DNA of 64,000 nt from an uncultured Spirochaetota bacterium (GCA_963768055.1 CAVYGN010000002.1:1344001-1408000), one strand, 5' to 3'; shown: positions 1 to 10,121, counted from the stretch's first letter. Program-made: numbers and translations. The notes: a model not told the origin generated them from the letters alone.

Positions 1-132
1 GCCCTTCACCAGTCGGAGGATTACAATGCGGCGGTGAAAGAACTGGAACAGGCTTTGAAATTTCCGACCAAAAATAATGAGCTTATTAATGAACATCTGA
101 ATATGGCGCTAAAGAAAAGGGATAAGGAATGA
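1..132 (+). CDS. 3' end of a TPR-like protein (partial)
   Basis: Frame 1 is open from base 1: ALHQSEDYNAAVKELEQALKFPTKNNELINEHLNMALKKRDKE*. It has a TPR-like helix pattern, and the stop overlaps the argC start (ATGA). Confidence 0.6.
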   Translation, partial: ALHQSEDYNAAVKELEQALKFPTKNNELINEHLNMALKKRDKE

Positions 133-1076
133 AAAAAATATTCGTTGACGGACAGCATGGGACAACCGGGATAAAAATCTTTGAAAGGCTCTCAAAGCAT
201 GATGGGGTTGAAATAATAGAAATTCCGGATGAGATTAAAAAAGAAACTGCAGAAAAGGAGAAGAGGTTCGGAGAAGCCGACCTTGTTATTCTCTGTCTGC
301 CTGACGACGCTTCAAAAGAAGTAATGGAAACCCTTAAAAAAGTCAGGGCGAAGGTCATCGATACGAGTTCCGCTTACAGGGTAGATCCGGGGTGGGTATA
401 TGGTATGCCGGAACTGGAGAAAAACAGCCGTGAAAAAATAAAAAATGCGAAGTGGGTATCGAATCCGGGCTGTTATCCGACAGGTTTTTTACTCGCCCTT
501 TCACCCCTGGTAAAAATCGGAGCGGTTCCGAGAGATTATCCCGTAACATCATACGCCGTTACAGGCTATAGCGGCGGCGGGAAAAAAATGATATCCGATT
601 TCGAATCATATGGCAAAGACCGCTCGATGGAGATTTGCTGCAGGCCGAAAAATCTTGACCTGAGGCATAAGCATCTGCCCGAGATGAAAAAATATGCCCA
701 TTTAAAACAATATCCGCACTTTGTCCCTATTGTCGGAAATTTTTATAACGGTCTTCTGGTTTTCCTTCCGCTTATTCCAGCGTTATTGTCAAAGAAATTC
801 CACCCTGACGATATCAGGGAAATTCTAATGGAACGCTATGAAAAAGAGCCTTTCGTGAAAATTGTTTCAAAGGAAGAGACGGAAGTGATCAGCAGCGGTT
901 TTATTTCGCCGGTTGAGCTGAACGGGACCAACAGGATCGATATTTTCGTAACGGGCCATGAGGAACAAATCCTCGTTATATCGCGCCTGGATAATCTGGG
1001 CAAGGGCGCTTCGGGAGCGGCCGTCCAGAATATGAACATCATGCTGGGTTTCGATGAAAGCATGGGTTTATCCTGA
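129..1076 (+). CDS. argC: N-acetyl-gamma-glutamyl-phosphate reductase (type 2)
   Basis: N-terminal FVDGQHGTTG, catalytic SNPGCYPTG, GYSGGGK and DNLGKGASGAAVQNMN motifs. Confidence 0.95.
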   Translation: MKKIFVDGQHGTTGIKIFERLSKHDGVEIIEIPDEIKKETAEKEKRFGEADLVILCLPDDASKEVMETLKKVRAKVIDTSSAYRVDPGWVYGMPELEKNSREKIKNAKWVSNPGCYPTGFLLALSPLVKIGAVPRDYPVTSYAVTGYSGGGKKMISDFESYGKDRSMEICCRPKNLDLRHKHLPEMKKYAHLKQYPHFVPIVGNFYNGLLVFLPLIPALLSKKFHPDDIREILMERYEKEPFVKIVSKEETEVISSGFISPVELNGTNRIDIFVTGHEEQILVISRLDNLGKGASGAAVQNMNIMLGFDESMGLS

Positions 1077-1094
1077 ACCTTGCCCCCTGCCGCC

Positions 1095-2813
1095 CTATAA
1101 GCTGACCTGGATCTTGAAAAGTTTTTGATAGATTCCGCCCTGGTCGAGAAGCTCTTTATGCGTACCTATCTCGATAATTTTTCCATCCTCAAGGACGACT
1201 ATCCTGTCGGCGTTCATAATAGTAGAAAGCTTATGCGATACTATGAGGGTCGTTTGATTTCCCAGTATCTTTTTCATCGCATTTTGTATAAGCTGTTCCG
1301 ATTCGGCGTCGAGGGAACTCGTGGCCTCGTCCAGAATCAATATTTTCGGTTTTCGGAGTATCGCTCTGGCCAAGGCGATCCTCTGCTTTTCTCCTCCTGA
1401 AAGCCTTACCCCCCGCTCTCCCAGTACAGTGTCGTATCCTTGGGGCAGTTTGCCTATGAATTGCTCGGCATTGGCTATTCTGGCAGCCTCGATAACCTCA
1501 TGCCTTTCAGCCTCCGGTTTTGAAAGCCTGATATTTTCAATGATAGAACCTGAAAAAAGTATGTTCTCCTGGGTAACAAGGCTTATCTGGGAACGGATTG
1601 AACCCGGATTGTAAACCGATACATTTTTACCGTCGATTAAAAATTCCCCTTTGACCGGAAGATAAAAAACCGGAATAAGAGATATTAATGTAGATTTACC
1701 GGCGCCGCTGGGCCCAACGACAGCCACAGTCTCGCCCTGTTTTATGAAAAGATTTATTCCGTAAAGCGCTGTCCTTTCATTTTCATATTGGAAGAAGAGG
1801 CTTTTCCATTCCAGATCACCCTTTATATTGCCGATGGCCGGAAGGGTAGTATTTTCTTTTTCATTTGAATCGATAAGTTCGAATACCCTCGCTCCGGCGG
1901 GCTGGAGTTTACGCAGCACCATTAAAATATCGGAGGTCCGGCTTAGCGGCTGCGATAGTACGAATGCCGCGAAAAAGAAATTAACGATATCCTGCGAAGT
2001 CGCTATGCCCTTTTGAACGCTTAAAGCGCCCAGGAAAAGGATCAAAAGTACGGCGACCACGCCGAAAAAATTCGAGGCCGGTGTTCCCAGGAATCTTATC
2101 CTCATCTCCCTTTTAACTGCCTTTAAATGCAGATCGTTCGACTCAGAGAATTTCTGCTTTATGGCCTCCTCGACGCCGTAGCCCTTTATGATCTCCATTC
2201 CGTATATAGCTTCCTGGATGCCTGAGGTTACATCGGATATATTTTTCTGAACGCCGAGACTGAGTTTCTGCACGATCGAACCCAGCCCTCCCAGAATAAG
2301 AGCAAGGACAGGCCCGATCGAAAACATATAAAGCGATAATTGACTGTTGATCACGAACATCAGGATAATAATGGATATAAGTGTCATAGGCTGTAAAAAA
2401 AGATCCATGGCTATATTCATGAAAAAGTTCTCGATAACACCGACATCGTTTAGAATACGGGACATGATCTCCCCTGTCTTATTTTTTTTATAATAAAAAA
2501 CAGGCATATCGACAAGTTTCTTGAAGATCTCGTATCTTATATCATGCATAACATTTACGGCAAGCAGATTGGAAAAAAGATATATGAAATATATGGAAAG
2601 GGCCCAGGTGAAACCGATACCGAGGAGAGCGGCTATGACGGTGAGATTCACCTTCTCGAAATTCTTTCCTATGAAAGCGTCGGAAAACAATCTCCCGATT
2701 CCCAGGATACCGCCGATCTGGCTCCCTACAATAATAACCACGAAGAACAGACAGACAGCGAAATGGATTTTATATTTAAATGCGTAACTTGAAAGACGGG
2801 AATAGACCTTCAT
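1095..2813 (-). CDS. MsbA-like ABC exporter (fused TMD and NBD)
   Basis: N-terminal membrane domain, Walker A GPSGAGKST, signature LSGGEKQR and Walker B ILILDEATSSLD. Confidence 0.9.
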   Translation of the reverse strand: MKVYSRLSSYAFKYKIHFAVCLFFVVIIVGSQIGGILGIGRLFSDAFIGKNFEKVNLTVIAALLGIGFTWALSIYFIYLFSNLLAVNVMHDIRYEIFKKLVDMPVFYYKKNKTGEIMSRILNDVGVIENFFMNIAMDLFLQPMTLISIIILMFVINSQLSLYMFSIGPVLALILGGLGSIVQKLSLGVQKNISDVTSGIQEAIYGMEIIKGYGVEEAIKQKFSESNDLHLKAVKREMRIRFLGTPASNFFGVVAVLLILFLGALSVQKGIATSQDIVNFFFAAFVLSQPLSRTSDILMVLRKLQPAGARVFELIDSNEKENTTLPAIGNIKGDLEWKSLFFQYENERTALYGINLFIKQGETVAVVGPSGAGKSTLISLIPVFYLPVKGEFLIDGKNVSVYNPGSIRSQISLVTQENILFSGSIIENIRLSKPEAERHEVIEAARIANAEQFIGKLPQGYDTVLGERGVRLSGGEKQRIALARAILRKPKILILDEATSSLDAESEQLIQNAMKKILGNQTTLIVSHKLSTIMNADRIVVLEDGKIIEIGTHKELLDQGGIYQKLFKIQVSL

Positions 2814-2921
2814 AATTTAACCTGCCTGAATCAAAAGTTGAAACCGAGAGAAAACCATATAAATTATAGCAGAGTTTAGGAGGTTTTGCATATAATAATA
2901 TATCATGATAAAATACATGAA

Positions 2922-2993
2922 GGGGCTTCCTATCCGAAGGGTTTATGACCATAGGGTGCTTGTGCCCGTAGGGCCGAAGGGTTAGAAGCTCCC
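2922..2993 (-). repeat. Partial copy of the GGGC MITE-like repeat with nested mini-hairpins
   Basis: The reverse strand reads GGGAGCTTCTAACC...GGATAGGAAGCCCC, matching the first module of the family. It contains the CTTGTGCCCGTAGGG unit also seen at 47003-47034. Confidence 0.55.
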
Positions 2994-3022
2994 TAAATTT
3001 ACTTTAACCATGCGAGGGGTTT

Positions 3023-3946
3023 ATGAAAATGATTATAAGCGTCCTGATCATAATAGCGGTACTGATGATTTCTTTATTCCTGCTCAATACCAGTCCTCTC
3101 TTTTATTCCGAACCCTCGGCATATAACAGGAATGATGAGCCGTCCCTGTTCGACGGGAGGGCGCATGAAGAGTTTTATGAAAACAGGAAATCGTCAAAAC
3201 TCGTGATTCTCGTCCATGGCTTCCCCAGCACTCCTTTCGAATGGAAAAAAATCGGCGTTAAATTATCGAAAGATTATAATGTTCTTATCCCGCGTTTGTA
3301 CGGTTTCGGCACAAGTCAGGAATTTTTTAAGAAAACTTATTTTTCCCAGTGGTATAAAAGCCTTAAAGACGTTTACATGGAATACAGAAAAAAATATGAA
3401 GATGTGACAGTATGCGGTCTTTCGTTCGGCGGGATGCTTACCCTACGTCTCACCGAGGATTTCGGAAACTCGAAGGGAATGGCCATGAAAAGGATTGTAG
3501 TTATTTCAGCGCCGGTTTTTTTGAATAACCTGAAGATTGGCCTTCTTTTTGATCCGAGGCTTTATCTGGTAAGGACGATTTCATGGTTTAATGACGAACT
3601 CTCCTCTGCAGGCAAATCCCAGGATAGCATAGACAATGACGGAGGAGAATGGGTGGGTTTCCATGAGATCTTTCCGGTTCAGATCTACAGCATGCTTATG
3701 GGTATGAGGACCACGAGGCATGATCTGGCCAAAATCAAAACACCGGTTCTTCTGATGCATGCAGAGGGCGATAAAACAGTTCCTTTCGAGAATATGGATT
3801 ATATATTCCACCATATTTCTTCAAAAGAAAAGAGCAAATATGCTTTCAATCTTACCGGCTGGAAACACACGAAACACCTTTTAACAATGTACAATACCAC
3901 ATCGGACACCGTTTATACGAATATCGTCAATTTTATAGAAAAGTAG
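3023..3946 (+). CDS. Membrane-anchored or exported alpha/beta hydrolase (carboxylesterase-like)
   Basis: N-terminal hydrophobic segment, HGF oxyanion motif, nucleophile GLSFGG, acid in EGDKTVP and a C-terminal His (KH). Confidence 0.85.
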   Translation: MKMIISVLIIIAVLMISLFLLNTSPLFYSEPSAYNRNDEPSLFDGRAHEEFYENRKSSKLVILVHGFPSTPFEWKKIGVKLSKDYNVLIPRLYGFGTSQEFFKKTYFSQWYKSLKDVYMEYRKKYEDVTVCGLSFGGMLTLRLTEDFGNSKGMAMKRIVVISAPVFLNNLKIGLLFDPRLYLVRTISWFNDELSSAGKSQDSIDNDGGEWVGFHEIFPVQIYSMLMGMRTTRHDLAKIKTPVLLMHAEGDKTVPFENMDYIFHHISSKEKSKYAFNLTGWKHTKHLLTMYNTTSDTVYTNIVNFIEK

Positions 3947-4125
3947 CTTTAGGGATTACTCCTATGCCGCCGACAACAAATAATGGCAACCCAACACAAT
4001 ACCCGGAAAATTGTCGGGTTAGTTTATTTTTATTTATTTTCCGCTAAAACTTTATTGATCATCAGGTCGTTAAAATTCTGAGCTTCCTCGAAATCGGCAT
4101 ATGAGCGGAATTCTCAAACTTTAGC

Positions 4126-4152
4126 TAAAATAAAATCTGTTTCTTCCGATCA
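4126..4152 (+). promoter_or_regulatory. Candidate sigma-28 (FliA) promoter of flgG
   Basis: TAAA-N15-TCCGATCA compared with consensus TAAA-N15-GCCGATAA, 25 nt upstream of the start codon and its GGAGG RBS. Confidence 0.55.
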
Positions 4153-4177
4153 TAATTACGTAGGGAGGAAGAAATTT

Positions 4178-4972
4178 ATGATGAGAGCTTTATGGACGGC
4201 TGCTTCGGGAATGATAGGCGAGCAGTTTCATATCGATACGATTGCAAATAACCTGGCAAATGTAAATACAACAGGCTTTAAAAAAACAAGGGCTGAATTC
4301 GAAGACCTGCTTTACCAGACCCAGCGCCTGGCAGGTACGCCCTCGTCAGAGATAAGCCAGTATCCGATAGGGATACAGACGGGCCTCGGGGTCAGGCCGG
4401 CGGCAACCCAGAAGTTCTATACCCAGGGGAGCCTCCAGAATACAGGCAACAAGCTTGACATCGCCCTTGAAGGTGAGGGTTTTATCGGTGTTACCCTTCC
4501 CGATGGAAGCAGCGCCTATACAAGGGATGGTTCCCTTAAGATAGACAGCAATATGGAAATTGTAACCTCCCAGGGTTACAGGCTCAACCCTCCGATCGTC
4601 CTTCCTGAAAACTTCGATGTCGGGTCCTTATCGATAGGCAAAGACGGCCGTGTAACCGTGAAAGTGGCAGGCAGCGATGAAGATACGGAGGTCGGGAGGA
4701 TATCACTTTACCGTTTTATCAATCCGGCAGGCCTGACTAACCTCGGCGAAAATTATGTCAAAGAAAGCCCGGCCTCGGGACCTGCAGTCGAGGGTACTGC
4801 ATCCCTTGCAGGCTACGGCATGGTCCATCAGGGTTTCCTTGAAATGTCGAATGTCAACGCGGTCCAGGAAATGGTGGATATGATCGTGGCCCAGAGGGCT
4901 TACGAGTTCAACTCCCGCGCAATCCAGACAAGCGATTCGATGCTGGGGACCGCGAACAGCCTCAAGAGATAA
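4178..4972 (+). CDS. flgG: Flagellar basal-body distal rod protein FlgG
   Basis: MMRALWTAASGM...IANNLANVNTTGFKK, YTRDGS and LEMSNVNAVQEMVDMIVAQRAYEFNSRAIQTSD motifs; 264 aa. Confidence 0.95.
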   Translation: MMRALWTAASGMIGEQFHIDTIANNLANVNTTGFKKTRAEFEDLLYQTQRLAGTPSSEISQYPIGIQTGLGVRPAATQKFYTQGSLQNTGNKLDIALEGEGFIGVTLPDGSSAYTRDGSLKIDSNMEIVTSQGYRLNPPIVLPENFDVGSLSIGKDGRVTVKVAGSDEDTEVGRISLYRFINPAGLTNLGENYVKESPASGPAVEGTASLAGYGMVHQGFLEMSNVNAVQEMVDMIVAQRAYEFNSRAIQTSDSMLGTANSLKR

Positions 4973-5222
4973 TATACTGATCAATTTATGAAGAAAATTT
5001 TCCCCGCGTAGTATTCGACAGCTTGAGCTGCTAAGGCTTAAAACAGCAGCAAGCGCTGATTGAATTCTTTTTTAATTAAAGATTATTTTAATATTTTCAA
5101 GTATCAATTGAATTAAATAAACAGTTTTTGATAGCGCTTGCCGTTGTTTTTCGCCTTGCGGTCTCTGCACTGTCTCATAAGACCGCGGAAAAATTTTCTT
5201 CAAATAGAATTGTATATTATCT
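4967..5222. repeat. Long imperfect inverted repeat (about 90-bp arms), MITE-like
   Basis: The left arm AGATAATATAC...TGAAGAAAATTTTCCCCGCG...AAAACAGCAGCAAGCGCT (to 5057) mirrors AGCGCTTGCCGTTGTTTT...CCGCGGAAAAATTTTCTTCA...GTATATTATCT (from 5133). Confidence 0.8.
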
Positions 5223-5290
5223 TTATTCCGGCGGAAATGTATAGATCTGGGAAAAACAGTGTAATCCGGATAATCCGTGAAATCTGTTTT

Positions 5291-6370
5291 TCAGTTTCCA
5301 GGGAAAAGCAGGCCTTCTTCGGGCTTGCGCTTTATTTCCTTCCTTCCGAAATTCGACATCGATATGCCTACGAGGCGGATCTTTACTTTCCCTGCTTCGG
5401 TTTTATCGAGAAGCAGGAGCGCGGTTTTCAAAATATCCGCGGATTTATAAACAGGTCCGGAAAGCGTAATGCTGCGGGTTATGAGCCTGAAATCGTAATA
5501 TTTGATTTTGAGTGTTATTGTCCTGGCGCCGTTTTCAGACCCGATGCTTTTCAGGATGCCCTCTTCTTCCTCGGATATCCCGGCCAGAAGTCCCTTGATT
5601 TCATTAAGGTCGAGTATATCCCTGGGGAGGGTTATTTCCCTCCCGGCCGACATTCTTTTATGGTAAGGAGTTACGGGGGAATCGTCGATACCCCTGGCCA
5701 GGTTGTAGAACCATTCGCCTCCTTTTCCGAAGATCGACGTCAATTCCTCGAGGCTTCTTTGACGCAGATCGGCTCCTGTTTTAATTCCAAGCTCTTTCAT
5801 CCTTTTTTCCGTAACCTTCCCTACGCCGTAAAAAGTGCCAATAGGAAGGGAATCGATAAAACCGGCGGTATCCCGTGGAGTTACAACGGTTAAGCCGTCC
5901 GGTTTATGATAACCCGATGCGACCTTAGCCAGGAATTTATTATACGATACTCCGGCGGAAGCGGTGAGCGATGTTTTTTCGAATATTTTTCGCTTGATGT
6001 CTTTAGCTATGCGGTAAGCGGTCATGTATTTCGTAATATCGGTTACATCGAGAAAAGCCTCATCGAGGGAGAGGCCTTCGACAAGGTCGGTATATTCATG
6101 GAATATGGAATTAATTTCTTCAGATACTTGCAGGTACAATTCAAAATGAGGCTCGACAAGTATTGCCTGGGGGCAGAGGACAAGGGCCCTGGAAGTCGCC
6201 ATTGCGGAATGTACGCCGAATTTCCTCGCCTCGTAAGAGCATGTAGCGACTACGCCCCGCCCCGAGGGTGACCCTCCTACTATGACTGGTTTTCCTTTTA
6301 ATTCAGGGTGTTCTCTTTGTTCAACCGAAGCATAGAAAGCGTCCATATCGACATGTATTATCTTTCTCAT
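5291..6370 (-). CDS. dinB: DNA polymerase IV
   Basis: RKIIHVDMDAFYASVEQR, CSYEARKFGV, SLDEAFLD and KFLAKVAS...KPDG motifs. Confidence 0.97.
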   Translation of the reverse strand: MRKIIHVDMDAFYASVEQREHPELKGKPVIVGGSPSGRGVVATCSYEARKFGVHSAMATSRALVLCPQAILVEPHFELYLQVSEEINSIFHEYTDLVEGLSLDEAFLDVTDITKYMTAYRIAKDIKRKIFEKTSLTASAGVSYNKFLAKVASGYHKPDGLTVVTPRDTAGFIDSLPIGTFYGVGKVTEKRMKELGIKTGADLRQRSLEELTSIFGKGGEWFYNLARGIDDSPVTPYHKRMSAGREITLPRDILDLNEIKGLLAGISEEEEGILKSIGSENGARTITLKIKYYDFRLITRSITLSGPVYKSADILKTALLLLDKTEAGKVKIRLVGISMSNFGRKEIKRKPEEGLLFPGN

Positions 6371-7473
6371 TATCCCATATCAATAAGCTCATAATCCTGG
6401 GTCCCCAGACCCAGCTTTTCGGCGTAATCGAGGCATATTTCCCAATCGGTGCCCGGATATAAAATAGAAAACTTGTCGTTTTCCCCGGTTTCTATCCCGC
6501 CGATGGCGCTGTCCCTGCTGACAGGGGCTTTATTCACGAGATCGACGCTTGCCCTGTCGAGCGCGACAGGGTCGAAAGAGGCCAGGATACCTATATCCGG
6601 AACGATCGGAGCATCGTTGAAAGCCCAGCAATCGCAATTAGGAGACACATCCATGACAAAATTTACATGGAAATGCTTTTTACCATGAATAACCGCGTAA
6701 GCGTATTCGGCTATTTTTTCCAGGGTGTTTGCCGCGCCCCAGACTGCCTGGGCTGAATCGTAGTAACAGACTGCGATACACTGCCCGCATCCGACACACA
6801 ACTCGTAATCGATCACGGCTTTCCTGTTGCCGTCAATATGGATCGCGTTTTGGGCGCAATGGTTAACGCATTGCCCGCAAGCTGTACAGTTTTTCCTTAT
6901 TATTTGAGGCTTGCTGTCCGAATGCATTTCAAGTTTCCCGCCGATAGATCCGGAGCCCATTCCAAGGTTTTTCAGGGCACCCCCGAAACCGGTGAGATCA
7001 TGCCCCTTAAAATGATTGAGGGAGATAATTATGTCGGCATCGGCGATCGCGGATCCGATTTTAGCGGTTTTGCAGTTTTTCATATTCAATTCTATTTCCC
7101 TGTAATCGGTTCCTTTGAGGCCGTCCGCGATAATGACATTGCATCCCAGGGTAAGTGCGTTGAAGCCGTTCCCAGAGGCGCTCATCAGATGATCTACGGC
7201 GTTTCCCCGGCCCCCCTTGTAAAGAGTATTTGAATCGGTAACGAAAACATAGGCCCCGTTTTCCTGGAGAATTTTTACTATCCTGGCAACATAATTAGGC
7301 CTTATATAAGAAAGATTGCCCGGTTCGCCGAAATGGACCTTGACGGCTGAAAATTTCTTATTCAAATTTAAATTCCTGATGCCGGCTTTTTTTACAAGCT
7401 CTTCCAATTTATCGAGAAGGTTTTTCCCCGATGCCGCTCTCATGTTCGTAAAATAAACCCTTGATTTTGACAT
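6370..7473 (-). CDS. DUF362-family protein with a 2x[4Fe-4S] ferredoxin domain
   Basis: KVHFGEPGN, HFKGH...GGALKNLGMG, CTACGQC...C and CVGCGQC...C, PNCDC and DPVALD motifs. Confidence 0.9.
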   Translation of the reverse strand: MSKSRVYFTNMRAASGKNLLDKLEELVKKAGIRNLNLNKKFSAVKVHFGEPGNLSYIRPNYVARIVKILQENGAYVFVTDSNTLYKGGRGNAVDHLMSASGNGFNALTLGCNVIIADGLKGTDYREIELNMKNCKTAKIGSAIADADIIISLNHFKGHDLTGFGGALKNLGMGSGSIGGKLEMHSDSKPQIIRKNCTACGQCVNHCAQNAIHIDGNRKAVIDYELCVGCGQCIAVCYYDSAQAVWGAANTLEKIAEYAYAVIHGKKHFHVNFVMDVSPNCDCWAFNDAPIVPDIGILASFDPVALDRASVDLVNKAPVSRDSAIGGIETGENDKFSILYPGTDWEICLDYAEKLGLGTQDYELIDMG

Positions 7474-7491
7474 ATCCGCTCCTTGTATCGG

Positions 7492-8937
7492 TCAATATGC
7501 TCCCTTTCCCCATAGTACGGCCCCAATGGTCTTGAAAAGGATCATAATGTCAAGCCATGCAGACCAGTTTTCGACATACCATGTATCGAGCTTCAGCCTT
7601 TCGGTAAAGATAAGTTCGTTCCTGCCGGATACCTGCCATAACCCGGTAATCCCGGGTTTTGTCATAAAAATGACATCCATGAAATCCTCAATTTCACATT
7701 TTTCAGAAGGAAGATATGGCCTAGGGCCGATCAGGCTCATCTCGCCTTTTATTACGTTGAAAAGCTGAGAGATTTCATCAAGAGAAGTCTTTCTGAGTAA
7801 AGCCCCGATTCTGGTCACCCTCGGATCGTATCCCCTCAATTTTTTATAGGTTTTCCACTCGATTTCAGCGTCTTTATTATTAATTAAATGATCGTTCAGA
7901 ATGGCTTCCGAACCCATGTACATTGTTCTGAATTTGATGCAGTTGAATATTTTTCCCTTCCAGCCCAGCCTTTCCTGGATTATAAATGCCGGGCCGGGCG
8001 AGTCGAGTTTGATCAGAACGCTTATAATAGCCACCAGCGGAATGAAAAAAGGCATTACTAAAATGACCATAGCGATATCGAAAATAGTCTTAACTAAACG
8101 GTTGAAAAGCGAGTGCAGATTATTTTTTATTTTCAGCAGGAATAATTTCTGCATGAAAAGATAATGCAGTTCTGTATTTATCTGCGCTATGCCTACGAGG
8201 TCGGGGACCAGGACCACGTTTTTAGCGTATTTCTGAACATGGTTGGTAAGCCTGGTCAACTCGTCGCGGGACAGATCGGGAAGCGAGATTATCACCGTTG
8301 AAATCTCAAGCATACTAATGAACTTGGTAAAATTTTTTATTCCGTTGAATACAGGGTATTTTATGCCTTCTATATCGATCTCCTTCAAGTCTTTGACATC
8401 GTCAAGAAATCCCACAACGCTGTATCCAAGCTGTTTTTCATTTGTCAGTCCCCTGACGGTGCCTATGGCGCTCTGTCCTGTGCCTAGAACGAGCGCCTTT
8501 TCCTTCCATAGACCCAGTCCGTAAAGAGCCCTTTTACCCCAGTATCTGAATATTATCATGGCTGCCGCGAGATAAACCCATAGAAGAAGTAAAACAAGGC
8601 GCGAGATATTCCCGTACATATTCCTTACAGTGATCATGAAAAAAATAAAAATTACGGTGATCGAAACTGCCTTCAAGAGGGATTTGATCTCTTCCCAGAA
8701 TGGATAACGGGTCGTGTAAAGTCTTTCGAAAACGATGATCGTTATGAATATCGCCGGCATCCACCATATAGAAAGATAATATTCATAGGAAAAGAAATAA
8801 TAAGGCTTGTCCCTTGTAAGGAAAAAGACAATGTTTTCCCTGGTGAATATTGCGACAAACAAAGTGGCGTAATATGATGCCAGGTCGATAATAAATAGTG
8901 CGGCTATCCGGCCGGTGCCTCTCCATCTTTCTTTCAT
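7492..8937 (-). CDS. wbaP: Undecaprenyl-phosphate sugar phosphotransferase (WbaP/WcaJ type)
   Basis: N-terminal TM helices and a C-terminal domain with KFRTM, DPRVTRIG, LRKTSLDE, MSLIGPRP and KPGITGLWQVSGRN. Confidence 0.9.
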   Translation of the reverse strand: MKERWRGTGRIAALFIIDLASYYATLFVAIFTRENIVFFLTRDKPYYFFSYEYYLSIWWMPAIFITIIVFERLYTTRYPFWEEIKSLLKAVSITVIFIFFMITVRNMYGNISRLVLLLLWVYLAAAMIIFRYWGKRALYGLGLWKEKALVLGTGQSAIGTVRGLTNEKQLGYSVVGFLDDVKDLKEIDIEGIKYPVFNGIKNFTKFISMLEISTVIISLPDLSRDELTRLTNHVQKYAKNVVLVPDLVGIAQINTELHYLFMQKLFLLKIKNNLHSLFNRLVKTIFDIAMVILVMPFFIPLVAIISVLIKLDSPGPAFIIQERLGWKGKIFNCIKFRTMYMGSEAILNDHLINNKDAEIEWKTYKKLRGYDPRVTRIGALLRKTSLDEISQLFNVIKGEMSLIGPRPYLPSEKCEIEDFMDVIFMTKPGITGLWQVSGRNELIFTERLKLDTWYVENWSAWLDIMILFKTIGAVLWGKGAY

Positions 8938-8955
8938 AATATATTCCGGTCCATT

Positions 8956-10095
8956 TTACATGAAAAATGATTTCATCTTTTCCTCGACAAAATCCTTGTA
9001 TTTCCTTTGAAATTCCTTACGGGAGAACCTGAGAGCGTTTTGCCTGATTACAGAGGGGTCCAGGTCCTCTTCAATCTTTTCAAATCTTTGTACCGCTTCG
9101 ATCAGGCTGTCTTCATCCTGGGAATTAAAAAATATCCCGGTTTTGCCTTCAATAACGGTTTCCGAGACGCCACCCCTGCCATAGGCGATGACAGGCGTTC
9201 CGCATGCCTGAGCTTCGACCGGCATCAGGCCGAAATCCTCTTCCGCGGCGAAAACGAAGGCCCTGGCCTTTTGAAGATAATCTTTTAAAGATTCCCTGTT
9301 CTGGTAACCTATCATTTCAATGTTCGGGCTCTTTGCCGACAATCTTTTTATCTTTTTTTCCTCGGGACCGTTCCCGATGACAATCAATTTCCTGTCTTTC
9401 ATCCGTGTGAAAGCCCGAACTATCATGTCCATCCTTTTGTACGGGACCATATGCGACGCCGCCATATAAAAGTTTTCCTTTTTTTCAAAAAGGCTGTAAT
9501 AATCCGTATCAGCCGGTCCGAATATTACCTCCGCATCCCTGTTATAGATTTTTTTTATCCTTTTAGCCACATAAGAGGAATTCGTGAGGTAATGATCGAC
9601 CCTGTTCGCTGAAATAATATCCCAGGTTCTAATATTATGGAGCCAATTTCTAACTATCGCTCCGAGAATTCCCTTGTCCAGGCCTGATTCTCTCAGATAT
9701 TGAAAAGTCAGATCCCATGCATATCTCATCGGGGTATGCATATAACAGATGTGAAGCTGGTTCGAATTTGTCAGGACCCCTTTAGCCACCGCGTGGGAGG
9801 TAGAAAGCACTACGTCAAACCCCGAAAGGTCGAATTCCTCTATGGCCTTGGGAAATAGGGACAGGAGAAACCGGTAAAATTTCCCTGAAAACGGGAATTT
9901 TTGGATCGACGAAGTGATAATTTTAGAGTGATCGATAATATCGCTCTTAAAATTTCTTGTACATAAAAGCGTATATACAGGGGAGGGATAGAGTTCGTAA
10001 ATTGCTTCCAGCGCCCTTTCGCCGCCTCTCATTCCTGTAAGCCAGTCATGAACGAGGGCCGTTTTTATATTCGACTGTCCTCCGGTTCTATCCAT
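8956..10095 (-). CDS. GT4 glycosyltransferase (WbaZ-like)
   Basis: ALVHDWLTGMRGGER, HTPMRYAWD and EEDFGLMPVEAQACGTPVIA motifs. Confidence 0.92.
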   Translation of the reverse strand: MDRTGGQSNIKTALVHDWLTGMRGGERALEAIYELYPSPVYTLLCTRNFKSDIIDHSKIITSSIQKFPFSGKFYRFLLSLFPKAIEEFDLSGFDVVLSTSHAVAKGVLTNSNQLHICYMHTPMRYAWDLTFQYLRESGLDKGILGAIVRNWLHNIRTWDIISANRVDHYLTNSSYVAKRIKKIYNRDAEVIFGPADTDYYSLFEKKENFYMAASHMVPYKRMDMIVRAFTRMKDRKLIVIGNGPEEKKIKRLSAKSPNIEMIGYQNRESLKDYLQKARAFVFAAEEDFGLMPVEAQACGTPVIAYGRGGVSETVIEGKTGIFFNSQDEDSLIEAVQRFEKIEEDLDPSVIRQNALRFSRKEFQRKYKDFVEEKMKSFFM

Positions 10096-10121
10096 GATGT
10101 ATAAGCTCCTTTATATCAAAT

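Noticed and set aside
5138..5893. 251-aa plus-strand ORF
   Set aside because: It is an antisense shadow of dinB, starts inside the foldback repeat, and has no RBS or recognisable motifs.
5291..7473. dinB as part of an SOS mutagenesis cassette or defence island
   Set aside because: No imuA/imuB/dnaE2, lexA or recognisable defence genes are adjacent. It simply ends a run of co-oriented genes.
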